64,000 bases of DNA, from assembly GCA_013265495.1 (NCBI GenBank), contig MU057711.1, positions 1 through 64,000 of the forward strand, in the 5' to 3' direction. Each line of letters begins with the position of its first letter. The stretch's first letter is position 1. The notes beneath the pieces are model-generated. The model was not told where the DNA came from. It made no database searches and saw nothing but the letters and a program-made list of their open reading frames with translations. Shown here in pieces: positions 27,075 to 40,153 of the stretch. The DNA comes from Vicugna vicugna. Its lineage: Eukaryota. Both the position numbers and the translations under genes were made by a program.

Positions 27075-27310
27075 AGTGGTTATGAGTTTAGATTTTGGAA
27101 CCAGATTACCTGGATTCAAATCCTGGCTCTGTCATTTAGCAGTTATGTGACCTTAAACAGGTTAATTAACCTCTTGATGACACAGATCTTTATTTGTAAA
27201 CTGAGTAATAAGAGTACTTATAGGATTGTTGTAAAAATGAAGTACTGAATGAAAAGTACTTAGAACAATTCCAGTCATCCAATCAGATCTCAGTAAATTG
27301 TTTATATTAT
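27075..27310 (+). mobile_element. MIR SINE
   Basis: cctggattcaaatcctggctctgtcatttagcagttatgtgacctt matches the MIR head and core. Confidence 0.8.
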
Positions 27311-28209
27311 CATCACTCTTACTTAGGTAGTCAAGACTATGCCATATAAAATATTTTCTTTAGATACAGAAGTAACTTTTGTAAACAGTGTGATTTTAAG
27401 CAACGTCTCCTATTTACAGAAATTTTTCTAATATATACATTCCTTCATGTCCCTCTATGCTAAATAGAAAATAATAGGCTAAAAGGCTTAAACTTAATTC
27501 CTGCTCAATTTTCTCTAATAATTATTTCAAATAAAACCATAAAGATAGACTTCTTTTTTCCCTATTACTTTGGGTCTAGGCAATTTGGAAAAGAAAAAAA
27601 AAGGTTCTATTATAAGAAAGGTAAATTTCTTAGTGTTCAACAGAGTAAGAAAAAAAGTGCAAAATATTCAATTTGCTTGATATACTAAATTACATGATTG
27701 ACTTCAAATTATTTTTCTGGACAAAAAAATTCCAGCACAAATAGTTTAAACTCCCAGATTACAATATTTACATGGTAAACTTTGAGATGACTTTGCTCAA
27801 GACTCAACATATATTAGTATTCTTCTACTAGAAGGAATAGTAATTTCTTCTTTGTCTTCTAATAACTGATTTTAAATTCTAATTTGTAATGCTTTTTCCA
27901 GGTAATTTACCTATCCCATCTTTTAGCTAAATAATTTTACTAGATATTTCACATAAATAAAGAACAGTCTATTTTGTCACTAGATTATATTAAAACATGA
28001 GAACAAGTGATAAAGGCAGGCATTTTACAATCTTCTACAATCAATGAATCATACTGGCAACCTTTTGAGTGAGCGTTTGCCACTGGTTTCCCTTTTCAAA
28101 TGGGGATGCATGGATTTCATTATTATAATCCTTGCTATAATTTCAAATAGACAACATAACCCACAACAAAAACACAAATTGCCATTGCACAATTTAAAAT
28201 GTCATTTTA

Positions 28210-28296
28210 GGGGGATGGTTATAGCTTGGTGGTAGAGCACAGGCTTAGCACACATGAGGTCCTGGGTTCAATCCCCAGTATCTCTGTTAAAAAAAT
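28210..28296 (+). mobile_element. Short Vic-1-type SINE with 14-bp TSD
   Basis: tRNA-like head followed by an A tail. TSD aaaatgtcatttta (28196-28209) / aaaatttcatttta (28297-28310). Confidence 0.88.
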
Positions 28297-28480
28297 AAAA
28301 TTTCATTTTAATTTTTTTATATGAGTTTGTAAAGATTTTAAATGCCATGTACTATGGTTCTTGTTTGAAAGTTCACTAACCAGCTTGGTCTTGTATTCTG
28401 GAACATGGGGTCTGTAAAATTCCAGTATTTTTAAGCTGAGCCCTACAGGTAGAGCGTAACATATTATCTATAAAAATAAA

Positions 28481-31030
28481 ATTCCACAGACCAATATTGT
28501 TGATGAACATAGATGCAAAAGTTCTTAACAAAATGTTAGCAAACAGAATCCAACAACACATAAAAAAGATCATATACTATAATCAACTTGTATTCAACCC
28601 AGGGACACAAGGATGGTTCAACATATGGAAATTAGTCAACGTGATATACCACATCAACAAAAGAAAGGACAAAAATCACATGATCATCTCAAAGATGCAA
28701 AAAAATCATATGATAAAATTCAACACTGATTTATGATAAAAACTCTTAACAAAGTTGGTATACAGGGAACATATCTAAACATAATAAAAGCTATTTATGA
28801 CAAATGTACAGTCAGCATAATACTCAACAGTGAAAAGTTGAAAACCCTCCTGCTAAAATCTGGAACAAGACAAAGATGCCCACTCTCACCACTTCTATTC
28901 AACATAGTATTGGAAGTCCCAGCCATAGCAATCAGACAAAAAAATAAATAAAAGGGATGCAAATTAGAAAAGAAGAGGTAAAATTGTCACTATATGTGGA
29001 TAACATGAAACTCTATATAGAAAATCTTGAAGGCTCCACACCAAAACTATAGAGCTGACAAAAGAATTCAGAAAGGTAGCAGGATACAAGATTAACATAC
29101 AGAAATCAGTTGCATTTCTTTACACTAACAATGAAATATCAGAAAAGGAAAGTAAAAAAAAAAAATCCCTTTTAAAATTGCATTAAAAAAATACATTTAG
29201 GAATAAACCTGACCAAGGAGGTGAAAGACTTATACAAAGATAACTACAAAACACTGATTAAGGAAAATAGAGATGATTGAAAGAAATGGAAAGATATTCC
29301 ATGCTCTTGGATTGGAAGAATTAATATTGTTAAAATGGCCATACTTCCCAAAGCAATCAACAGATTTAATGCATTCCTATCAAATTATTCAGGACATTTT
29401 TCACAGAAATAGACAAATAATCCTAAAATATATATGGGATCACAAAAGACTGAGAATTGCCAAAGCATTACTGAAGAAAAAGAATGAAACTGGAGGAATA
29501 GCACTCCCAGAATTCAGACAATACTGCAGAGCTACAGTAATCAAAACAGCATGGTATTGGCACAAAAACAGACATATGAATCAATGGAACAGAACAGAGA
29601 GCCCAGAAATAAACCCACAGACCTATAGTCAATTAATCTTCAACAAAGGAGGCAAAAATATACAATGGAGAAAAGAGAGTCTCTTCAGCAAGTGGTGTTG
29701 GGAAAACTGAACAGCCACATTTAAATCAATGAAGTTAGAACACTCACTCCATACACAAAAATAAACTCAAAATGGATCAAAGAATTAAATATAAGGCAAG
29801 ATACTATAAACCTCCTAGAAAAAAACATAGGCAAAACATTCTCTGACATAAATCTTAGCAATGTTCTCCTAGGGAGCCTACTCAGGCAATAGAAATAAAA
29901 GCAAAAATAAACAAATGGGACCCAATAAACTTAAATGTTTTTGCACAGCAAAGGAAACCATAAGCAAAATGACAACCTATGGAATGGGAGAAAATATTTG
30001 CAAATGATGAGACTGACAAAGGTTTAATTTCCCGAATATAAAAATGGCTCATACAACTTAATAACAAAAAACCAAACAGCCCAATCCAAAAATGGGCAGA
30101 AGACCTAAACAAGCAATTCTCCAATGAAGACATACAAATGGCCAATAGGCACATGAAAAAATGCTCAATATTGCTAATTATCAAGGAAATGCAAATCAAA
30201 ACTACAATTAAGTATTATCTCACACTATTCAGAATGGCCATCATTCCAAAGTCTGTAAATGGTAAATGCTGGAGAGGGTGTGAAGAAAAGGGAAGCCTCC
30301 TACACTGCTGGTGGGAATGTAGTTTGGAGTAGACATTATGGAAAACAGTATGGAGATTCCTCAAAAAGCTAAAAATAGATTTAACATATGATCTAGCAAT
30401 CCTGCTCCTGGGCACACATCCAGAGAGAACTGTAATTCGAAAAGATACATGCACCCCAATGTTCATAGCAGCACTATATACCATAGCGAAGACATGGAAG
30501 CTACCTAAATATCCATTGACAGATGACTGGATAAAGAAATTATGGTATATTTGTACAATGGAATACTACTCATTGATAAAAAAGGATAAAATAATGCCAT
30601 TTGCAGCAACATGAATGAACCCAGAGATTGTCATTCTAATTGAAGTAATCCAGAAAGAGAAAGAAAAATACCATATGATATCACTCATATGTGGAATCTA
30701 AAAAAAAGAAAAAAAGAGGACACTAATGAACTTATTTACAAAACAGAAACAGACTTGCAGACATAGTAAACAATATGGTTACTGGGGGAAAGGGGTAGGA
30801 ACGGATAAATTTGGGAGTTTGAGATTTGCAAATGGTAACCACTATGTATAAAAATAGATTAAAAACAAATTTCTTCTGTATAGCACAGAGAATTATATTC
30901 AATATCTTGTAATAATCTTTAATGAAAAGGAATATGAAAATAAATACATGTATATATCTGCAAGACTGGGACATATGCTATACACCAGAAACTGACACAC
31001 TGTTACTGACTATACTTCAATTTAAAAAAT
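28481..31030 (+). mobile_element. 5'-truncated lineage-specific L1 (ORF2 RT and C-terminus plus 3' UTR), frameshifted
   Basis: ORFs 28497, 28733, 29273 and 30138 give broken L1 ORF2 peptides ([52 protein letters not shown]). The 3' UTR ends gactatacttcaatttaaaaaa. Confidence 0.95.
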
Positions 31031-31655
31031 AAATAGTCTGGTAGTTTCTCAAATGGTTCAACATTGAGTTCCATTCCTAAGCATATCCCACTCCTAGACA
31101 TATTTTGAGAGAAATGAAAACATGTCCACACAAAAACTTGTATATGAATATTCATAGCACTATTATTCATAATAGCCAAAAAAGAAACAATTTATATATA
31201 CATATATATATAATATATATACACACACACATATATATATAAAACTGATGAATGAAAGATATATGGTCTATCCATATAATAGAATATTATTCAACAGAAG
31301 GAAATGAAGTACTGATACATGCCACCATATGGATGAGCCTTGAAAACATTATGCTAAGTCAAGCCAGTCACAGAGTACCATGTATTGTATGATTGCATTT
31401 ATATGAAATGTAAGGAACAGGCAAAACAGAGAGAAAATGAGTGGTTTCCTTGGGCTGGTAAGATTGGAGGATGGAGGGTACAGAAGGTGGGGCTTCTTTT
31501 TGGGGCAATGAAAATGTTCTAAAATTGACGGTGGTGACAGATGCATATACTAAATACTACTAAAAATATACAAAAGCCACCGAATTGTATACGGTAAATG
31601 GGTGACCTGTATGGTATGTAAATTATACCTCAATAAAGCTGTTAATTAAAAAAAC
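31030..31655 (+). mobile_element. L1MB-type 3' fragment with (TA)n/(CA)n tract
   Basis: Similar to 12900-13450. Ends gtatgtaaattatacctcaataaagctgtt. Confidence 0.82.
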
Positions 31656-32929
31656 AGAAGTAATTGCTGAAAATTTTAACCCACAAAAAATACACATGGG
31701 AAGTGTTTTAAATGACATAACATGTAAATGAACCTATCAAATGCCTCTTCTCTGAACAGGCCAATATTTATACACCTAGTGTGCAGTCCTTCGAGGCTGG
31801 TTTAATTTCTCTTCAAGGCTATAAAATTGGTGTTGTTTCTCGATAAACAATCACTTGACAAAGTCTGAGTTATTCTAAGCTGTTAATATGCTGTGTGCAT
31901 CTGTCTTATTTCTCATTAAGAAAGGTAGCTGATGGATCATTTAAGTTTGATTTTCTCCCTGGCTGCTCTTTGAGCTTGTGTGTCCCCCTGAGTCATTTCT
32001 ATATCCAGTGCTCTTCTAGATTGTTCTTACCTCTCTTTCTCTTAATTTTCCAATCTCATTATCAGTCTAGGCTCACATGGAAGGAAAAGAGCTCTAATTT
32101 GGGATACGTCTATAATTCTGTGTAAACCTTACGAAGGCAGTTCTACACACAGAAGAAAAACAAATGAAGAAGAAATACAAATAAGTCTATTAGGAATCCT
32201 CTAAAAATGAAAGAAAAAAAATTTGAGTTGCTGCTCTGAAATAGCTGCCAGCTATTGGTAAACACAGAATCCTCAGCTAAGCTAATGCAAAAAAAAAAAA
32301 AAACTTCCACTGTGAAATTACTAAAATTATTTAAGTATTTCTGTAATAGAGACTAGTGACAATTAGAAATGTTCCAAAGAGATGATAAACCTAATATTCA
32401 GAATGAAGTTCACTTGAGCTCTGGGCAAAAGAACACATTTATTCCCCAGATAGCATCTAGGATATGAGTCAGTGGGCAGACAGTGAATGTTTCTTGAATG
32501 AAAAGAGGAAGTAAGCATCTTTTGTAGAGCAAGGCCATTTTAAAGGCAAATTTAATAGGATGTATGATTGAATGCTAAAAGTTCCTGTCAAATAAGTGGT
32601 TAGAAAAGATTCTGTCATGTTTTAATTTATCTTTATTCAAAGGTATTCCTTATATTGGCTAATTTAATGGCCACTCACTACATTTTTTTCTAGGTACTAT
32701 AATATTTGTGTTTTTTAATTATGTAAAATGAAATACAATGGTCATTTTGTTAGTTGGGTAAACAGAATATTGAGACATAAAGAGTAAGACACTCACGGAC
32801 ACACCACAACTTATGAAGTATAACACACAGAAGCAACAAAGATTGGTTAGGGAATTATACTAGTTCTGTTTAGCTGTTAACACTGTAGGATGCAGTGATG
32901 AGTTCGATAAAGGGAAAGGGAGAGATGAA

Positions 32930-34110
32930 ATGATGAAATGAGTAACAACTTCTACATTTCTGGTTTGAATGATTGGGTGTATGATGGTACCACCACCTGA
33001 GATAAACAGAATTAGGAACAGATTTAGGGGAAAGAAGATTGTTTCAGGTTTGCGGTGCCATCAGGCAGTTACACATCAAGTGTGAGGCCCAGATACAGGG
33101 ATATAAGTCTTAAGCTTATTAGTGGTAATTAAAATAGCCAAAGCAGATGAAGAACATGCAGAGTGTGAACAAAGGGCTGAGAATGGAACCCTCAGAAACA
33201 CCAATATTAAAGGTGGCCAAGGTGAAGAGGGGTTCTCAGAAGAGATGGTACAGGAACCAGTGAGAGAGGACATAGAGAGAAACAGAAGAGTTTTAGGAGT
33301 AGGTTACCAACAGCAAAAAGTTGACAAAAGCCTGGTGACATAAAGACTGTGAGGTGTTCACTGGATTTGTCAATTAGAAGTCACCGGGACTGAATGAGAG
33401 GTTTAGTAGAGGGGAGTGGCCTGAAGCCAGACTGTGGCAGGTTAAGGGTGAATTTAGATAATAAAGCAGAGTCGCCAATTTTTTTTTAAGTCTGGGGAGA
33501 CTTGCACATATTTAAATAAAGACTGGGGGAAGAGAGGATGGAATGAGAAGATTCTGAAGGCAAAGGAGAGGGGATAATTGATGCAGCAAGATCCAGAAGA
33601 TACAGGCAGAACTGAAAGGGAGAGGATATCAAATAACGAAATCAATGAAGAAAATGTTAAAAATAATAATTTAGGATAAAGAGAAAGGGACTTGAACTAG
33701 GGAAGGGGCTGTGATAATGGAAAAGAAAAGAAGCCTGAAAATCACATGAAAGAGGAATGTACCTGCTTGGTGGTGGAGTCAAACGTAATTTAACTTTTCT
33801 AGGCTAAAATGATTGGGGCCATGAGAATTTATTTGTAGTAAGCAGGGAAATTATGAGGAAGAGTTGGATTTGAAGAGACAGGGAGGTATGATTAAGTTTG
33901 ATTTTAGACAAGGCAAGTTTGGGGAGATGGTCAGACAGCAACATGGCAGAGAAGACAAGGTTTGAGATTAAGATTTGGGAGTTTTTTATCTAAAAGTTAA
34001 GATAACTTGTGTTGTAAATCTGAATGAAATAGCTGAGGGAAGAAACACAGGAAAAAAGTCAACAGTTGAAGATTCTGCCTTGTGGAATGTCCCCAGGGAG
34101 TGGATGAAAT
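32930..34110 (-). mobile_element. Degraded L2 fragments
   Basis: Purine-rich antisense L2 motifs (tggatttgtcaattagaagtcac; ccagactgtggcaggttaagg). Confidence 0.6.
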
Positions 34111-37100
34111 ATTAAAAAAACAAAACCCAAACAACAAACCAGAAGAATGAAAAGTGTATATCTTACAGTTACGGAGAGAAACTTGTATCATTCAACATTA
34201 GAAAGGAATGACTTTTTTGATTATGTGAACTTCAGCTAAACATGACATCTTTCCATGCGATTTTTTTTGAGTTATGCTACGACAGTCCAAGCATACAATA
34301 ACTGAAGGCTGGTTAAATCAACCAAATGGAACATTTTATAATTGTTAAAATGGTATCATAAAAGTAATATAACTGACATGTAAAACTGTTTACATTATGT
34401 TAAGTGAAAAAAGCAGGTCACAACACAGTATTAACAGTATGATCTTATTTTGCAATACAAAAAGAAGCATCACACACATAGTCATGCATACTTCTGAGCA
34501 CAGAGAGGTAGAGCTGGGTTTGGAAGGATATACATCTAAGACTAATGCTAGTTATATCACAGTGGCAGGGTTTTAAGTACGTTTTATTTTCTTTCTTTTG
34601 ATTTGTATGTAGCTTTGTGTAGTAGGCAGAAGACAGTGTTTTCCTGTAGTCACCAGTCACTCACTCTCACATCACCTACTTTAATTCACTGCATAGTTTT
34701 AGCACCACTTTGTATTTTTATTTGTGATTTGCTTGTGTATTGCATACTTTTCTTAAAGGTCTCCCTTATTCACTTTTGTATCCTCAAGCACCCAGAATTT
34801 GCCTTACTAGAAGTCACTCAATAAATATTTTTAAAGTAGAAGTTAACAGATAATGCTTTCTAAGAAGAAAAATAAACACTTTCAGCTAATTTATTGTTAA
34901 GTACTATCATCTTCCTTCTCAGCTCCTGTATTTCTGAAGTGATCAAATATGTTAGAAGCATAGGGAAATGGAGATGTAGTCTACTTGGACCCTTGAGAAG
35001 ACTGTGAACCCAAGGATGGCCAAACACTTCTCTGGGCTGCCTAGTGAGACACCTCACGAGGCCAAGAGTGGCCCAGGAACACTGCTCAAGAAAAAGCGGA
35101 ATGTGACAAGCTGATGACTGATTTTTATAAAAGAATACTCTCACAACACACACAAATCTTGTGTCCTCCAAGCAAGCTCCTTGTGATGCTCTGTACCTCT
35201 TTCAATGTCAGTGCTCATGACAGTTTTGTGATTACTCTTTGAGGATAACTTTGGAAGCTGCTGTCTTCTGACATCCACAGGGATGGTAAGTCTTCAATAT
35301 GAGCAATAAATGAACGTAAGTGTTATGGTTAAGATCAGTAAATAGCTTGGTTGGTACAGTATTTGTACAAAACAAAGTATATGTAAGGCAGTGAGGCATG
35401 TGAGACTGACTCTTTGACTTATTTTATTAAGACAACTCAGTTACCATATAATTCACCATTTTAAAGTGTTCAGTTTAGCAGTCTTTGGTATACTCACAAG
35501 GTTAAGTTTCAGATTATTTTCATCACCCTCATATAGAATGCCATCCCTATCAGCAATCACTCCCCATACAGGCAATTCTTATATAACTTCTAAAGAAATG
35601 TTCATTCTACTAAGGTGACTCCTCCAGACAACTGATTCAACCGATTCAACTGTGTTTTAGATAAATATCAAACATATTCATTTAGAGTTGGGGACACCAA
35701 TGAAATTCAATCAAGGAAAACAAACTGTTGTGTCACCAGCCATATTTTGTGTTTATACCATATTCTAAAATCAACTTCTATGAAATATTCATAGGTAAGA
35801 AATCCTATGTATTTGAATACCTGAATACCCGAGAGAAAAGAACTAACCACATTTAAGTTCAATTTTATCTTCTTGGGAAAAGCTTAACAACATGCTGAGT
35901 TAAGATAATTACATACCTTAAAAAAAGAGCATTATCCCATCAATGAAAATGCATTCAAATAAGATTAAACCAGGAACATATACATAATCACTTGCTAAAA
36001 CCCTTTATTAAGCAGAGGACAAAACATTTAGGTAATTAACTAAAACTGAAAGAAAAAGCAGGTGTAACACAATTAGTGCTTCTATAAAGCTATAACCTTT
36101 TTCCTTATCAGTTCTTTCTTGGCCTTGAGTGGCCCCAAGTGACCCAATTTAAGATTTAAGCTTATCATTTGAGATTACTTTGTACTATTATTTGAAGGTA
36201 AGTTTCCTGGGTTAGAAGTTTAGATTATTGATTTGATAAAGATATTCTTCGCTAATGTAAACATTTAGTGCCATAAAAATTTCTCATAAGAACTGCCTCA
36301 TCTGTATCCTACAGATTCTGATATTTTCATTTTCATGTAGTTCAATATAAAAAATTTCCTTTGACTCACCTATTATTTAGAAATGTGGTTAATTTCTAAG
36401 TGTTAAGAGACTTTCGTGTTATCATTTATTGACTTTAGTTTAATTCCACTGTGGTCATATATTGTACAAGTAAATATGTTAAGGTATGTTTTATTTTGTT
36501 AAACACTCCAAGTGTTTGCATAAAAATATGTGTTCTGAGGGGAGTGGCCAAGATGGCATAACAGGAAGACACTGAGCTCACTTCCACCCACAGGCACACC
36601 AAAATTACAACTATTTACAGAGCAACTATTGATAAGAAGGACCTGAAGACTATCAGAAAAGATTTTCCACAACTAAAGATATAATTAAGGAAACACAATG
36701 AGGCTGGTAGGAGGGGTAGACATGCAGAATAGTCAAGACCTACACACTAAAGAGGCAACCCACAAATTGGAGGATGATCACAACTGCTGAGGTCCTTCCA
36801 GAGGAGCGAAGGGTCCAAGCCCCACAATGGGTTTCCCTGAATGAGGATCTTGTACTGGGAAGACAAGCCTCCATAATGTCTGGCACTGAGGGCCAACAGA
36901 GCTTGCACACTGGAGAGCTGGGGATCTCTGGGAAATAGAGACTCCACTCTCAAAGGGTGCTTGTAAAATCTCACATGCTTCAAGACCCAGTGCAGAGGCA
37001 GTAATCTGAAAGGATTGTGGGTCAGACACACTTGCTGATCTTGGAGAGCCTTCCAGAGAGGCAGGAGGCAACTGGCACTAGCCCTGGAGATACAGATGCT

Positions 37101-38463
37101 GTTGGCAGCCATTTTCGGAAGCCTGCACTACCACGGTAACATTGGTGCTGGCAAATGCCATTTTGGAGTCCTCCCTATAATGTATTAGTGCTGGGGGCTT
37201 ACATGCCCACCAAACGATGAGCACCTCTCTCAAGGATGCCCAGGCCAAGCAGCCAGCCATGAGGGGATATATAGCCCTGCCTAACTGCAGGTTGGCACCA
37301 GCCATGGGTCTCTCCAGGCCCCAACAAGTCCCTCAGCCAGCCACCCCAAAGCCAGGTCTTGTCTACCAGAGGCCAGGAACAGTCACAGGATGCCCCAGAC
37401 CCTGAAGATAGTCCTCCAGGGACTTGGCCACACCTGCTAGTGGGCAGCACCAGTCCTGGAACTCCTCAAGCACCACAGCCAGCTGCCATGGGACTGGTTC
37501 TGCTCACCATGAGGCTGGTCTCAGATCTGGGCACAGCAGGCCCTAGAGCCATTCATACCAGGACCCAGCCCCACCCACCAATACGCTGGACCAGCTGTGG
37601 AAATGCTAGGCCATGAAGCCAGTTGCCCAGAGACCCAGCCCCACAAAACAGCAGACTGGCACTATCCCAGGACTCCCCAGGCCATGCAGCAAGCCATTCT
37701 GGGATCTGGACCAGTGGATGGCAGCCTTCCAATCAGGCAGGGCCTGACAGCCAACTGGGTGTGAGGGGTCAGCCCTGCCCACCAGTATGCCCACAGTAGT
37801 TGGTCCTGCCACAACAGAAGGGCCCATGGAGCTCACAAGGGAACACTGCTAGATCATATACCTCTGGTGATAGAGGGGCATTGTGCTGCTGGGGCTCCTA
37901 CATAAGGTCACTTCTGGAACAACACCAAGAGTATTAAAATTTACATATAGGGGTGGCAGAAGAGAGAAAGAGGCAGAGAACTTATCTGAAGAAATAATAG
38001 CTAAAAACTTCCCTAATCTGGGGGAAAAAACCCCCAGATCTGTAAGCACAGAGTTTCAAACAAGATCAACCCAAAGAGATCCACACCAAGACACACTGTA
38101 ATTAAAACAGCAAAAATTAAAGATAAAGAGAAAATATTAAAAGCAGCAAGGGGAAATGACTATCCACAAATAGGGAAACTCCCAAAGACTATCAGCTGAC
38201 TTTTCAGCAGTAACTCTGAAGGCCAGAAAGGAGTAGTAGTATATATTCAAAGTGATGAAAGGAAAAAAATCTACAACCAAGAATACTGTATATGGCAAGG
38301 CTATTATTGAGATTTGAAGGTGAGATCAAGAATTTTACAGAGCAGCAAAAGCTAAGAGTTCAGTACTACTAAACTGACTTCACAAGAAATGCTAAAGGGA
38401 CTTCTATAAGTAGAAAAGAAAACACCAGGACCACAAGTGGAAATATAAAAATTATGAAAGAAA

Positions 38464-38656
38464 CTTATTTATCTATTCTATATATGCCTGTCACTGTATA
38501 GCACAGGGAAATATATACAAGATCTTGTGGTAGCTCACAGTGAAAAAAATGTGACAATGAATATATGTATGTTCATGTATAACTGAAAAATTGTGCTCTA
38601 CACTGGAAATTGACACAACATTGTAAAATGACTGTAACTCAATAAAAAAAAAGTTT
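38464..38656 (+). mobile_element. Short young L1 3' end with 5' inversion, nested in the older L1
   Basis: Perfect TSD aaaaattatgaaagaaa at 38447-38463 and 38657-38673. Contains an L1 3' UTR ending in aataaaaaaaaa. Confidence 0.9.
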
Positions 38657-39202
38657 AAAAATTATGAAAGAAAAAAATCTCACTGGTTATGGCAAATGTA
38701 CAGTAAAGACAGTAAATCAATCACATATAAAACAGAAGGAAGGTTAAAATCAAAAGGAGTAAAATCTTCTATATCTACAATCAATAGTCAAGGGCCACAC
38801 AAACAAAAAGATGTAAAATATGATGTCAAAGACAGTCAATGTGGTGGGTGGCAGTAAAAATGCAGGGTTGTTAAAATACATTTAAACTTAAGAGATCAGC
38901 AACATAAAATATATTTCACTATATAAAACCTCATGGTAGCCACAAACCAACAATTTATAATGGATACACACACACACAAAATAGAAAGGAATCCAAACAT
39001 AACACTAAAGATGACCATCAAATTACAAGGGAAGGGAACAAAAGAAAGGAACAAAAAAGAACTAGAAAAAAACCCAAACCCCAGAAAACAATGAACAAAA
39101 TGGCAACACGTACATACCTATCAATAATTACTTGAAATGTATATGGACTAAGTGCTGCATTCAAAAGACAGAGTGGCTGAATGGATTAAAAACAAGACCT
39201 GT

Positions 39203-39340
39203 GGGGAGGAGGGCATAGCTCAGTGGTAGAGTGTTTGTGCTTAGCATGCATAAGGTCCTGGGTTCAATCCCCAGTATTCCCATTAAAAATGAATGAATGA
39301 ATGAATGAATGAATGAATAAATAAATCTACCCCACCCCCA
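39203..39340 (+). mobile_element. Vic-1-type SINE with (GAAT)n tract nested in L1 ORF2
   Basis: tRNA-like head with gggttcaatcccc B box. Flanking repeat aacaagacctg/aataagacctg. Confidence 0.88.
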
Positions 39341-39683
39341 ATAAGACCTGAACATATGCTGCCTACAACAGACACACTTCAGATCTAAATAACACAGTCT
39401 GAAAGTGAGGGGATGGGAAAAGGTATTCTATGGAAATGGAAATGAAAAGAAAGCTGGGTACCAACACATATCAGACAAAATAGGCTTTTTAAAACAAAGA
39501 CTATCAAGAGACAAAGAGGGACATTACATATGATCAAGGGATCAATCCAACAAGAAGATATAACAATTGTAATTGAACCCAACATAGAAGCACCTAAATA
39601 CATAAAGCAAATATTAACAAACATAAAGGAAGAAATTGATAGTAACAGTAATAGGAGGGGACTTTTAATATTCCAGTTACATC

Positions 39684-40153
39684 TAATGACAAATAAAATA
39701 ATACTGAAATAATCATAGTTTAGGCATACAAAAATTGAGACATGTAGCCATTGAGGATCTGGTCTCAGACATACCCTTGCACTACTGAGAGCTTAAATTT
39801 TCTCTGAACTGGATCAAACCCAAGGACACCAGGAGCTGTATTTGGAACAACCTCCACCAGTGGTAACTTTATGGACTCAGGGTACCCCCCCTTGTAACTA
39901 CATAACCATTTCAGATGCCACCAAACCATGCTTAATAAGCACCCTTACTTCTCGCCAGCTCTAATTATAATTCTTGACAAACAACTTATGTAACTAAATG
40001 TGGCCCTGCAATTTTTGCCTTTATAAGTTTCCTCCACAGAACACAATTCAAGTGCTTCTGGAATCTGTGTCTCCCAGGCTACAGTCCTAACAAAATACAA
40101 ATAAATGCCTCTTTATTTCAATCAAGTCTCTGTTTCTGAAATTTTGGTTAACA
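39684..40153 (+). mobile_element. 470-bp solo LTR (probably ERV1 class) nested in L1 ORF2
   Basis: Interrupts L1 ...ttacatc|aatagacagatca. 4-bp TSD catc at 39680-39683 and 40154-40157. Ends ...ttaaca. Has TATA-like tttataa near 40020 and AATAAA near 40099. Confidence 0.8.

Noticed and set aside
28497..30332. Reverse transcriptase-like ORFs
   Set aside because: These are frameshifted fragments of ordinary L1 ORF2, not a functional gene or a novel retroelement.
28472..31655. Young L1 followed directly by an L1MB fragment, considered as a second 3' transduction
   Set aside because: No distal TSD was found after 31655. A weak aaaaataaa repeat flanks the young L1 alone, which fits a simple insertion.
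36747..38101. GC-rich island with many ORFs, superficially promoter- or gene-like
   Set aside because: It is the CpG-depleted 5'UTR of a decayed L1 leading into ORF1 relics.
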